Below, in pieces: positions 9,226-17,523 of a DNA stretch of 49,694 nt. The position numbers and the translations under genes are program-made. Below the pieces are notes generated by a model. The model searched no databases. It was not told the origin of the DNA and saw nothing but the letters and a program-made list of their open reading frames with translations. Every line of letters begins with the position of its first letter. The stretch's first letter is position 1. Source of the DNA: an uncultured Pseudomonadota bacterium (GTDB taxonomy: Bacteria; Pseudomonadota; Alphaproteobacteria; Rs-D84); the NCBI GenBank assembly GCA_947306185.1, contig CAMZFU010000003.1, forward strand, positions 1-49,694. Reading direction: 5' to 3'.

Positions 9226-9291
9226 AAAAAGACCGGGAAATTTGACACAAAGGTTAAAATACTTTGTTAAATAAAAATTCCCGGCCTTTTT
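9226..9291 (+). terminator. Extended hairpin ending the parAB unit
   Basis: AAAAGACCGGGAAATTT...ACAAAG / CTTTGT...AAAATTCCCGGCCTTTT inverted arms. Confidence 0.5.
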
Positions 9292-9357
9292 GCAAAAAAT
9301 ATGTTTTTAATTGCTAAATTATTATAAGCTGGCCACATGTGATAAAGGAGATACACG

Positions 9358-9830
9358 ATGGTAAATGTTAAAAATCTTATGAAAGAAGAAGATATAGATA
9401 TTATAGCAGAGGCATACGCAGATTATTATAGCAATTCTGTTCTAGAAGAAAAATGGACCAAAGAATCGGCAGCAAAATTATTTAGATATTTTTATAATCA
9501 TAACAAAGAGTTATTCTTGGTGGCGTATGATAATGATAAACCTATTGGGGTTATAACATCTGTTTTAAAGCCATGGTGGGATGGGAACCATCTAGAAGAT
9601 GGGGAAATATTTGTGGTTCCAGAGTGTCGTCAAAAAGGTGTTGGAAAATTTTGCTGAAAGCATTGTTTGATAATGCTGTTAGTAAATACAACGCGCAAAT
9701 ACTAGAAGCACATACGTATGAAGATGAAAATGGGTTCCCGTATAGTTGGTATAAAAAATTAGGGTTTGAAACCATAGATGACTGGAAAATTATCAGTGGT
9801 GATATAAAAGAAATTATGAAAAAAATATAA
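9358..9830 (+). pseudogene. GNAT acetyltransferase split by a 1-nt deletion at 9645-9648
   Basis: Frame 1 ends RQKGVGK-FC*; the -1 frame continues ILLKALF...WYKKLGF. Restoring one A gives a 157-aa GNAT with intact RQKGVG acetyl-CoA motif. Strong AAAGGAG SD. Confidence 0.85.
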
Positions 9831-9845
9831 AATAAAGGTATACAT

Positions 9846-10245
9846 ATGAACGAGACATTTAAATTTCTAAAAGAAAAGACACAATTATGTGGCCACAATC
9901 AATGGTAATGTGCCAAGTTTAAGACCGTTTGGTGACCCGTTTTTATATGATGGTAAAATATATGTAATAACTAATAAGAAAAAGAATGTATCAAAACAAA
10001 TTGCGATAAATAACCATGTTTGCATAGTTGCATACGACAACGAAAATTGGATAAGAATTAATTGTGAATTGGTTGATGATAGTGATAACATCGACGCCAA
10101 AAAGAAAGCTATTGCCGAATACGATTGGGCAGAGGCCGCAGGATACACATTGGATAATCCAAATTTCCAAATTTTATACATGCACAATGTGGCCGCCGTT
10201 ATATATGATGAAGAAGGACAGCCGATTAATTCATATAATTTTTAG
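9846..10245 (+). pseudogene. Pyridoxamine 5'-phosphate oxidase-like (FMN split-barrel) protein, frameshifted near the 5' end
   Basis: ATG 9846 (AAAGG upstream) reads MNETFKFLKEKT then stops at 9906-9908; another frame carries NYVATINGNVPSLRPFG...KNVSKQIA.N..V.I. Confidence 0.7.
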
Positions 10246-10261
10246 GATTTGCGAAACATAC

Positions 10262-10289
10262 AAAAACACCGGCGGTTGCCGGTGTTTTT
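10262..10289. terminator. Intrinsic terminator
   Basis: AAAAACACCGGC GGTT GCCGGTGTTTTT. Confidence 0.8.
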
Positions 10290-10293
10290 ATGT

Positions 10294-10318
10294 AAAAAAA
10301 ACGCCCAATCGGGCGTTT
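10294..10318 (-). terminator. Intrinsic terminator of pal
   Basis: A-tract-AAACGCCC AATC GGGCGTTT. Confidence 0.75.
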
Positions 10319-10321
10319 AAA

Positions 10322-10738
10322 TTATTTGATAGTCGTTGTTGCGTTACGGTTGAATTTCCAAACGTCTTCACCCGTACCTTTGACCAATGGACGTTCTTTA
10401 CCATAAGAGATAGTAGAGATACGTTTTGCATCAATACCTTCGCCAACAAGGACTTTCTTGGCGGCGTTTGCACGACGTGCACCCAATGCCAAGTTGTATT
10501 CTGTTGAACCGCGTTCGTCGCAGTTACCCGCAACCTGTACTTTCACATCTTCGTGTGATTTCATGTACAAGGCCTGGCCCAACAAGTTATCACGCGCCGC
10601 ATCGGAAATTTCCGAAGAATTAAACGCAAAGAAAACGCGTTGACCGTTCAAATCTTCTGGTTCAACGACACTTGAACCACCACATGCTGCCAGTAAACCG
10701 GCAACACCAGCTAATAAAGCAAAGTTTTTTAATTTCAT
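10322..10738 (-). CDS. pal: Peptidoglycan-associated lipoprotein Pal (start at MKLKN)
   Basis: Lipobox LAAC, VFFAFNSS, GNCDERGSTEYNLALGARRA, ISYGKERP, NRNA. Confidence 0.93.
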   Translation of the reverse strand: MKLKNFALLAGVAGLLAACGGSSVVEPEDLNGQRVFFAFNSSEISDAARDNLLGQALYMKSHEDVKVQVAGNCDERGSTEYNLALGARRANAAKKVLVGEGIDAKRISTISYGKERPLVKGTGEDVWKFNRNATTTIK

Positions 10739-10821
10739 GAAATACTCCCTTGAGTTTCTGTTGCTCATGGGTTAGTGTATAATAAAAAAAATCAAAAATC
10801 AAGACAAAAGAGAACTGTAAA

Positions 10822-11562
10822 ATGCAAGATTTCATAAAGGATTTGATACTGGCGGGGGTTAAGTGGGAAATATCTGATGATTCAATCGGTTTTACCGAAA
10901 TGATATCGCATGCACAACCCACACCCGAACGTACGCGTACGGTTGCAAGTGTTGTACCACCAATATCGCCGGTTGTGCCGATGTCAATTGATACTGCGGT
11001 TGCAATGGCGGCAAGACCCACAACATTAGATGCACTTTCAAGGATGATTTTGGAATTTAATCATCCACTGCGTGGCAGTGTTTCAAATGTTGTTTTACCA
11101 TCTGCAGCACCAAATCCAAATGGTGTCATGATTATTACCGATATTCCATCAAGTGACGATGATGCGTGTGGGAAAATACTATCTGGCAGAGCAGGGGAGT
11201 TGTTGGATAAAATGATGGGGGCAATTGGTATGTCCCGTGAAACAGTGTCTATAACACCGCTTTTATTTTGGCGTACGCCAGGGGGGCGTACACCGTCACG
11301 TATAGAATTAGATTTGGCACGACCATTTGTCAATCGTTTTGTTGAATTGTTGGAACCCCGGATAATTATAACATTAGGGACGGTTGCCGCATCAGAGATT
11401 GCCAATATTGATCTTATGCATAATCATGGGGCGGAAACTGTGTTACCAAATAATATTCATGTGTTTTCAATATATCATCCGAATTATATAATTCTTAAAC
11501 CGGACACCAAACGTGATGTATGGAACATTTTGCAAAATGTGCAAAATTTGTTGAAAAATTAA
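10822..11562 (+). CDS. Uracil-DNA glycosylase family-4-like protein with degenerate motifs
   Basis: G.AGELLDKMM.AIG, FWRTPGGRTP, P..II.LG..A, YHP motif; the canonical GEAPG reads TDIPS. Confidence 0.8.
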   Translation: MQDFIKDLILAGVKWEISDDSIGFTEMISHAQPTPERTRTVASVVPPISPVVPMSIDTAVAMAARPTTLDALSRMILEFNHPLRGSVSNVVLPSAAPNPNGVMIITDIPSSDDDACGKILSGRAGELLDKMMGAIGMSRETVSITPLLFWRTPGGRTPSRIELDLARPFVNRFVELLEPRIIITLGTVAASEIANIDLMHNHGAETVLPNNIHVFSIYHPNYIILKPDTKRDVWNILQNVQNLLKN

Positions 11563-11607
11563 TAGAAATGTTTAATACTTGCCACATATACACAAAAGGA
11601 GCGTACA

Positions 11608-12165
11608 ATTAAACCAGTAAACAATCGTGATAATCGCCGTGACATGGGGCCACGTATAAATAATCGTATAACTGTGAAAACGGTTCAGGTAATCAGCAGT
11701 GATGGTCAAAATCTTGGTGTAATGCAAACATCTGATGCAATTCAAACCGCAATTGATATGGGGCTTGATTTGGTCGAATTAAATGCGAATTCTACACCAC
11801 CAGTTGCCAAAATTATGGATTACGGCAAGTTCAAGTATGAACAGAAAAAACACGCATCTGAAGCCAAAAAGAAACAGAAAGTGACCGAAATGAAAGAAGT
11901 TTGGATAAAACCTTTCATTGAAGAAAATGATTTGCAGATAAAATTACGCAAAGTAATAGAATTCTTGGAAAATGGCGATAAGGTGAAAATATCTGTTATG
12001 ACCAAGGGGTCAAAGCGTATGTTGGCCATGGGCAAAGATGCGGTTCCAGGTTTGTTTGCGCGTGTTGTGGAATTGGTTGGTGAACGTGGAACATTGGAAA
12101 GTCGATCAAAACCAGATGAACGTACAAAATCAATAATCATTGCACCAGCAAAGGCAACAAAATAA
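11608..12165 (+). CDS. infC: Translation initiation factor IF-3 with probable AUU start
   Basis: PRINNRI, GLDLVE, PPVAKIMDYGKFKYEQKK, FLENGDKVK; in-frame ATT at 11608, 6 nt after AGGAG. Confidence 0.95.
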   Translation: MKPVNNRDNRRDMGPRINNRITVKTVQVISSDGQNLGVMQTSDAIQTAIDMGLDLVELNANSTPPVAKIMDYGKFKYEQKKHASEAKKKQKVTEMKEVWIKPFIEENDLQIKLRKVIEFLENGDKVKISVMTKGSKRMLAMGKDAVPGLFARVVELVGERGTLESRSKPDERTKSIIIAPAKATK

Positions 12166-12166
12166 G

Positions 12167-12190
12167 AAAACACCCGTTTGGGTGTTTTTT
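12167..12190. terminator. Bidirectional intrinsic terminator
   Basis: AAAACACCC GTTT GGGTGTTTTTT between convergent genes. Confidence 0.8.
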
Positions 12191-13257
12191 TATTTCACAA
12201 TTTTACTTATCAATGACCGACAAGAATTTAACAATGAATGTCGTTTTATATATTTTTGTTCGGCAATTTTTGTTGCAGATATTAAATCTGTTTGAATATT
12301 TATAAGAGGCCGTGGCGCGCCATCGGAATCCCGCCACGGAACCGTTATTTTTTCCCCTTCTGCAGCACCTAGGGTGACATTGCCAAATGAATCAAACGCG
12401 ACAAGAACGTTATAATGGTCTCCCTCCATAAAAGTGAATTGTGGTGTGGGATTGTGATATGCACCTGGGATATCCTTGGCGCGACCACCATTAAAGAGTA
12501 TTGCATCGCCACTGTATTCCAATGCCAAATGACCGTTTACTAAAAAACGTGGTGTGGTTTTGATTTCGTTCCCTTTGCTATCTACAAGGGTTGCTTTTTG
12601 GACTGTTATACCTGCATCAGTTAGTTTTTTTAAGAATTCATCGAACATTGACCGGTCAAAATCAAAAGAACTGATACGCAATGCGTACGTTGCGCCTGTA
12701 ATTTTTTTCTTAGACAATTGTTCAATTAATTTAAAATTACGTTCCATACAATCGGGGTGAAACCGGTCCAATGATAATGATATGTACAATGGGTATGTCG
12801 TATCCTTGTTTTTCGACGTTAGAACGCGTGGCCGATGTCGCAACATAATATTTTTTATGTCTGCAAATATTTGCTCGCCGACCGGTGTTCCTGCCCATCC
12901 AGCATTGGTTTTGATATCAACCCCCAAATTTTTATCTAATGCATGGTCCAAGATATCCGGAACGTAATATTCATCCACAAATTTATACGCGGCCATTATT
13001 TCGCCACCCGTCAAGATGATATGTTTGGAAAAATTTTCATCATTGACCGCTTGGTCAATATAACCAGTAATAACATCACGTGGAATAAATGTTTTTGGAT
13101 TTTTGGGACCAGAAGACTCACAACAATGTGCACAATTATTCCAACACCAATTAGTCGTTTTGAATACAATGGCATAAGGGCGTTGTTTTAAGATTTCCGT
13201 AAACACCCCTCTGTTACAGAAATCTAAAATTTGTAAGTTTTCTTTTAGTTCAGTCAT
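12190..13257 (-). CDS. Radical SAM superfamily protein, function unknown
   Basis: CWNNCAHC = CxxxCxxC, LTGGE, TNAGW, SLDRFH. Confidence 0.85.
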   Translation of the reverse strand: MTELKENLQILDFCNRGVFTEILKQRPYAIVFKTTNWCWNNCAHCCESSGPKNPKTFIPRDVITGYIDQAVNDENFSKHIILTGGEIMAAYKFVDEYYVPDILDHALDKNLGVDIKTNAGWAGTPVGEQIFADIKNIMLRHRPRVLTSKNKDTTYPLYISLSLDRFHPDCMERNFKLIEQLSKKKITGATYALRISSFDFDRSMFDEFLKKLTDAGITVQKATLVDSKGNEIKTTPRFLVNGHLALEYSGDAILFNGGRAKDIPGAYHNPTPQFTFMEGDHYNVLVAFDSFGNVTLGAAEGEKITVPWRDSDGAPRPLINIQTDLISATKIAEQKYIKRHSLLNSCRSLISKIVK

Positions 13258-13384
13258 ATATCTACACCGTATAAAAACATTTTATTACAAAAATATAAAT
13301 TGTCAACATAAATAACAAGATTTATCGTTTGATTTTTTCGTGATGTTTTTGTAATCTTGGCATTGGCGAAAAGAGGTTAATGTT

Positions 13385-13588
13385 ATGGACACAGAAAAAT
13401 TGTCGTTTGAAGAAGCGTACAAGCAATTAAGCGAATTGGTCAAGAAAATGGAATCTGGGGAATTGCCGTTGGCGGATTCGGTCGCGGCATACGAACAGGG
13501 CATAAAATTAAAGGCCTATTGTGAACAATTGTTGAAAGAGGCCGAATTAAAGATTGAAACATTGAAAATTACCAACCCCGCAGATTAA
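13385..13588 (+). CDS. xseB: Exodeoxyribonuclease VII small subunit
   Basis: LSFEEAY..L..LV..MESGELPL.DS...YEQG.KL...C...L..AE.KIE. Confidence 0.95.
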   Translation: MDTEKLSFEEAYKQLSELVKKMESGELPLADSVAAYEQGIKLKAYCEQLLKEAELKIETLKITNPAD

Positions 13589-16161
13589 TGGATTTGGCAA
13601 TGGCCGACAAAAAAAACATCGATAAAGGTAAAATCGATAAAAGTGGACTTACCCCCGTAATGCAACAGTATGTGGATTTCAAGGAAGAAAATCCCGATGC
13701 GTTGTTAATGTTTCGGTTGGGGGATTTCTACGAATCTTTTTTCGAAGATGCCAAAACAATCAGTTCCAAATTGGGACTTGTTCTTACATCGCGTGGCACT
13801 GATGGTGATGGTGCGGATATCCCGATGTGTGGCATTCCGTGGCATGCATCTGATAATTACTTTGGCCGTTTGGTCAAGGCGGGTTTCAAACTTGCCTTGG
13901 TTGAACAAATGGAAACCCCGGCCCAGGCCAAAGAACGTGGGCACAAGTTTATTGAACGCAAAATAATACGTGTTTTGACCCCTGGAACACTAACTGATGA
14001 AAATCTGTTATCGCCGAAAAGTTCTAACTTTTTAATCGCGGTTGTACCAATGGGGGGCGCATTTGATATTGCGGGGTGCGATATTTCAACGGGGGAATTC
14101 TTTATCGGGCAAACAAGCGATATTATTGATGATTTGGTTCGCCTTAATCCAGCAGAGGTTGTTTATCCATCATTGGATGCTGAAAATAATACAATGTTGC
14201 GTATCCGCGATATGTTCAAAACAACACCGGTATTTGACAAGATATATCGCCGCACAGATATAGAAACGATAATTTCATCGGTGTTTTCTAATGGGGTGGA
14301 CGCATCGAATACGAATACAGCGGTCGGGTTGTTGGCCGGATATTTGTTTAATACGCAACGTGGTGCGGCATTAACATTTCGTGCACCATATCGGTTGAAA
14401 TCTGGCACGCAAATGCTGATAGATTCTGCCACGTGGAAAAGTTTGGAAATAGATGCTCCGATAAACGATGGTGGCAAATGTTTGTTGGATGTGTTGGATA
14501 ACACCAAGACCGCGGCGGGTGGTCGTAAATTGCGTTCTTATTTGCGAACACTGTCGGCCGATATTGGTGAAATAAGAACGCGCCAAGAACATATTGGCCA
14601 TCTTGTCCGGAATACAGATGTGCGTGGAATGGTCGCACGTATGTTGGGTCGGGTGCCCGATGTTGGCCGTGCATTATCACGGTTATTGTCTGGGCGTGGT
14701 ATGCCGCGTGATATGCGAAATGTTGCAGATTTCTTGATTGAATTGCCAAATGTCAAAATGATTGCAACGCGTTTGGATACATCACTTGCCACACGGTTTG
14801 AGAATTTGGCAACACACGATAATTTGGCGGCGCAGTTAAATTCTGCGCTTGCAGATGATTTACCAACATTTTTCCGTGATGGTGGGGTGGTGCGTGATGG
14901 ATTTGATTTAACATTGGATAATATGCGGTCGTTATCGCACGGGGCCAAGGAAACAATTGCTGCTATGCAAGAACAGTATGCAAAAGAAACCGGGGTTCAT
15001 ACCCTTAAAATTAAATTCAATAATGTATTGGGATATTTTATAGAGGTCCCATCTGCACGTGCCGATGAAATGATGCGCGCAGATTCCGGGTTTATACATC
15101 GTCAAACGATGACCGGAAATGTGCGTTTTACCACATCGCGGTTAATAGAATTGGATAATGATATTCGGACATCTGCGGATAAGGCCGCGGCGATAGAGGC
15201 CGAAATTATAGATAAGTTCATTGAAGAAATCCGTGCAATTTCAAATGATTTATTGTGGGCGGCTGATGCAATCGCAGATTTAGATGTTTGGCATTCACTT
15301 GCACGTTGTGTCATAGATTGGAATTGGGTACAACCAGAGATGACAAATGATTCTGATTTCAATATTGTTGGTGGGCGACATCCGGTTATAGAATCTGTAT
15401 TGCGTGCACACGGGGACAGTTTTGTTAAAAACGATTGTGATTTGGATAAACAATCTGTGGCATTATTGACGGGACCAAATATGGCGGGGAAATCAACATA
15501 CTTGCGTCAAAATGCATTGTTGGTTGTGTTGGCGCACCTGGGGTCATTTGTGCCGGCAAAAAGTGCCAAGATTGGTATATGTGACCAATTATTTAGTCGT
15601 GTTGGTGCATCTGATAATTTGGCCGCGGGACAATCAACATTTATGGTCGAAATGGGTGAAACGGCAAACATACTGCGTCGCGCAACGCCGCGTTCATTCA
15701 TCATATTTGATGAAATAGGGCGGGGTACCGCAACATATGATGGTATGGCTATTGCCCAGGCTGTTTTGGAATATTTGAATACATTGCGGGCGCGGACATT
15801 ATTTGCAACGCACTATCATGAATTGACACATTTAACCACACAAAATGGTGGAACACTTAATAATGTTTTATGTCTTACTATTGACGTTAAGGAACACAAT
15901 AATGAAATAGTATTTATACATCGGATAATACCTGGGGTTGCAAACCGTTCTTATGGGATACATGTGGCAAAGATGGCCGGAATGCCAGAATCGGTGGTTG
16001 CGCGTGCGGAAACGGTATTGGCCGCATTGGAAGAACCGCATGTTGTGGATAAAAAGCCCGAAAAAGATACAACACCAAAAAGTACCCCAAAAAAATTGCC
16101 ACCTGAACCGTCATCGGATGTGCACCGTGAACAATTATCTTTGTTTGGTGGAGAAAATTAA
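13588..16161 (+). CDS. mutS: DNA mismatch repair protein MutS
   Basis: TPVMQQY, FRLGDFYESF, GPNMAGKSTYLRQ, STFMVEM, DEIGRGT, LFATHYHEL, SYGIHVAKMAG; TAATG coupling to xseB. Confidence 0.98.
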   Translation: MDLAMADKKNIDKGKIDKSGLTPVMQQYVDFKEENPDALLMFRLGDFYESFFEDAKTISSKLGLVLTSRGTDGDGADIPMCGIPWHASDNYFGRLVKAGFKLALVEQMETPAQAKERGHKFIERKIIRVLTPGTLTDENLLSPKSSNFLIAVVPMGGAFDIAGCDISTGEFFIGQTSDIIDDLVRLNPAEVVYPSLDAENNTMLRIRDMFKTTPVFDKIYRRTDIETIISSVFSNGVDASNTNTAVGLLAGYLFNTQRGAALTFRAPYRLKSGTQMLIDSATWKSLEIDAPINDGGKCLLDVLDNTKTAAGGRKLRSYLRTLSADIGEIRTRQEHIGHLVRNTDVRGMVARMLGRVPDVGRALSRLLSGRGMPRDMRNVADFLIELPNVKMIATRLDTSLATRFENLATHDNLAAQLNSALADDLPTFFRDGGVVRDGFDLTLDNMRSLSHGAKETIAAMQEQYAKETGVHTLKIKFNNVLGYFIEVPSARADEMMRADSGFIHRQTMTGNVRFTTSRLIELDNDIRTSADKAAAIEAEIIDKFIEEIRAISNDLLWAADAIADLDVWHSLARCVIDWNWVQPEMTNDSDFNIVGGRHPVIESVLRAHGDSFVKNDCDLDKQSVALLTGPNMAGKSTYLRQNALLVVLAHLGSFVPAKSAKIGICDQLFSRVGASDNLAAGQSTFMVEMGETANILRRATPRSFIIFDEIGRGTATYDGMAIAQAVLEYLNTLRARTLFATHYHELTHLTTQNGGTLNNVLCLTIDVKEHNNEIVFIHRIIPGVANRSYGIHVAKMAGMPESVVARAETVLAALEEPHVVDKKPEKDTTPKSTPKKLPPEPSSDVHREQLSLFGGEN

Positions 16162-16164
16162 AAT

Positions 16165-17034
16165 ATGGATGGTTGGATAATTCTTGATAAACCGTCGGGT
16201 ATATTTTCTAAAAGTGCCGCATCACGTGCCGCACGTGTTTTTGATACCAAAAAGAACGGACATATTGGAACATTGGACCCAATGGCATCTGGTGTTTTGC
16301 CAGTGGCGATTGGGGCTGCAACCAAAATGGTGCCGTTCATAGAAGAACGTGCCAATCGGATCAAAGAATATTTGTTCGCAATTAAATTCGGTATTGAAAC
16401 CGACACTTTGGATATTACTGGTCGCGAAATCAAATATACTGATGTCATCCCAACGGTGGATATGGTTCAATCAAACCTTGCGAAGTTTATTGGTAAAATA
16501 AATCAGATTCCACCGATTTATAGTGCGGTTCATATTGATGGCCGTCGTGCATATGAATTGGCACGTAATGGAGAAATACCAGAAATTGCCCCACGCACGG
16601 TTGAAGTTTTTTCACTTGAATTATTGGATGCAATTGACGATGTGTTCAATTTTCGTATGTCTTGTGCGCCGGGGACCTATGTTCGCAGTATTGCGCGTGA
16701 TTTGGCATATGCATGTAACAGTTTAGCAGCCGTTACGATGATACGACGCACCCAAACAAGTGGTTTTACACTAAAAAATGCTGTTGCACTTGATTTTCTG
16801 GAAAAATTGTTTAATAATGGCACGGATGTCAGTAAATATTTGGCACCAATAGATTCTGGACTGGGGGACATTCCGGTTTTGGATCTTAACGGCAAATCCG
16901 TTGATTTATATAAAAATGGCGGGTTTGTAGGGGTCGCAAGTGGCGATGGCGTGTATCGTGTTTATTCTGGTAAAACATTTATCGGTATAGGTACGGTGAC
17001 AAGCGGGGTACTGCGACCAAAACGAACAATTTAA
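16165..17034 (+). CDS. truB: tRNA pseudouridine-55 synthase TruB
   Basis: LDKPSG, GHIGTLDPMASGVL, QIPPIYSAVHIDGRRAYELAR, GTYVRS. Confidence 0.96.
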   Translation: MDGWIILDKPSGIFSKSAASRAARVFDTKKNGHIGTLDPMASGVLPVAIGAATKMVPFIEERANRIKEYLFAIKFGIETDTLDITGREIKYTDVIPTVDMVQSNLAKFIGKINQIPPIYSAVHIDGRRAYELARNGEIPEIAPRTVEVFSLELLDAIDDVFNFRMSCAPGTYVRSIARDLAYACNSLAAVTMIRRTQTSGFTLKNAVALDFLEKLFNNGTDVSKYLAPIDSGLGDIPVLDLNGKSVDLYKNGGFVGVASGDGVYRVYSGKTFIGIGTVTSGVLRPKRTI

Positions 17035-17052
17035 AACATAAGGAAAAGCATA

Positions 17053-17325
17053 ATGTCCATAACAAAAACAAAAAAAACAGAAATCATCAATGCCTTTAAG
17101 GTAAATGAAAAAGACAACGGCGGTTCCGTCGAATCTCAGGTTGCGGTTTTAACAGAACGTATTCGCAATTTGACAGAACATATGAAAAACAATCACAAAG
17201 ATTTGCATTCTCGCCGTGGTTTGTTGCGTATGGTTAACCAACGTAAAAAATTGTTGGCTTATATCAAGAAGCGTAACGAAGGCGAATACGAAGAACTGAT
17301 TAAGAAATTAGGTCTGCGTAAATAA
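17053..17325 (+). CDS. rpsO: 30S ribosomal protein S15
   Basis: [18 protein letters not shown]...[21 protein letters not shown]. Confidence 0.98.
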   Translation: MSITKTKKTEIINAFKVNEKDNGGSVESQVAVLTERIRNLTEHMKNNHKDLHSRRGLLRMVNQRKKLLAYIKKRNEGEYEELIKKLGLRK

Positions 17326-17331
17326 GTTTTT

Positions 17332-17358
17332 GGCCGGCTTTTATGCCGGTCTTTTTTT
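17332..17358 (+). terminator. Intrinsic terminator after rpsO
   Basis: GGCCGGC TTTTAT GCCGGTC followed by T7. Confidence 0.75.
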
Positions 17359-17370
17359 ATTATAAAATAT

Positions 17371-17399
17371 TTGCAAACAGACAAATATGAAAGTATAAT
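17371..17399 (+). promoter_or_regulatory. Sigma70-type promoter of pnp
   Basis: TTGCAA-N17-TATAAT. Confidence 0.7.
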
Positions 17400-17407
17400 C
17401 GGCATCG

Positions 17408-17483
17408 GCGAAGAAGAAATTGTTCATTTTTGCATTTGTATAGAATAAATTTCAGAATGCAATAACGAATAATTTTTCTTCGC
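17408..17483 (+). promoter_or_regulatory. Long 5'-leader hairpin of pnp
   Basis: GCGAAGAAGAAATTGTTC...TTGCATT / AATGCAA...GAATAATTTTTCTTCGC complementary arms. Confidence 0.7.
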
Positions 17484-17523
17484 AGAATAGAAGTAAAAGA
17501 ACCAATTAAAACGGAGGAAAATT

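Noticed and set aside
9645-9657. Programmed -1 frameshift in the GNAT gene
   Set aside because: No in-frame X_XXY_YYZ heptamer or obvious stimulatory structure; the neighbour gene is also broken, which favours decay.
16044-16052. Perfect DnaA box TGTGGATAA
   Set aside because: Single copy inside mutS coding sequence (VVDK); no cluster or unwinding element, so not called as oriC.
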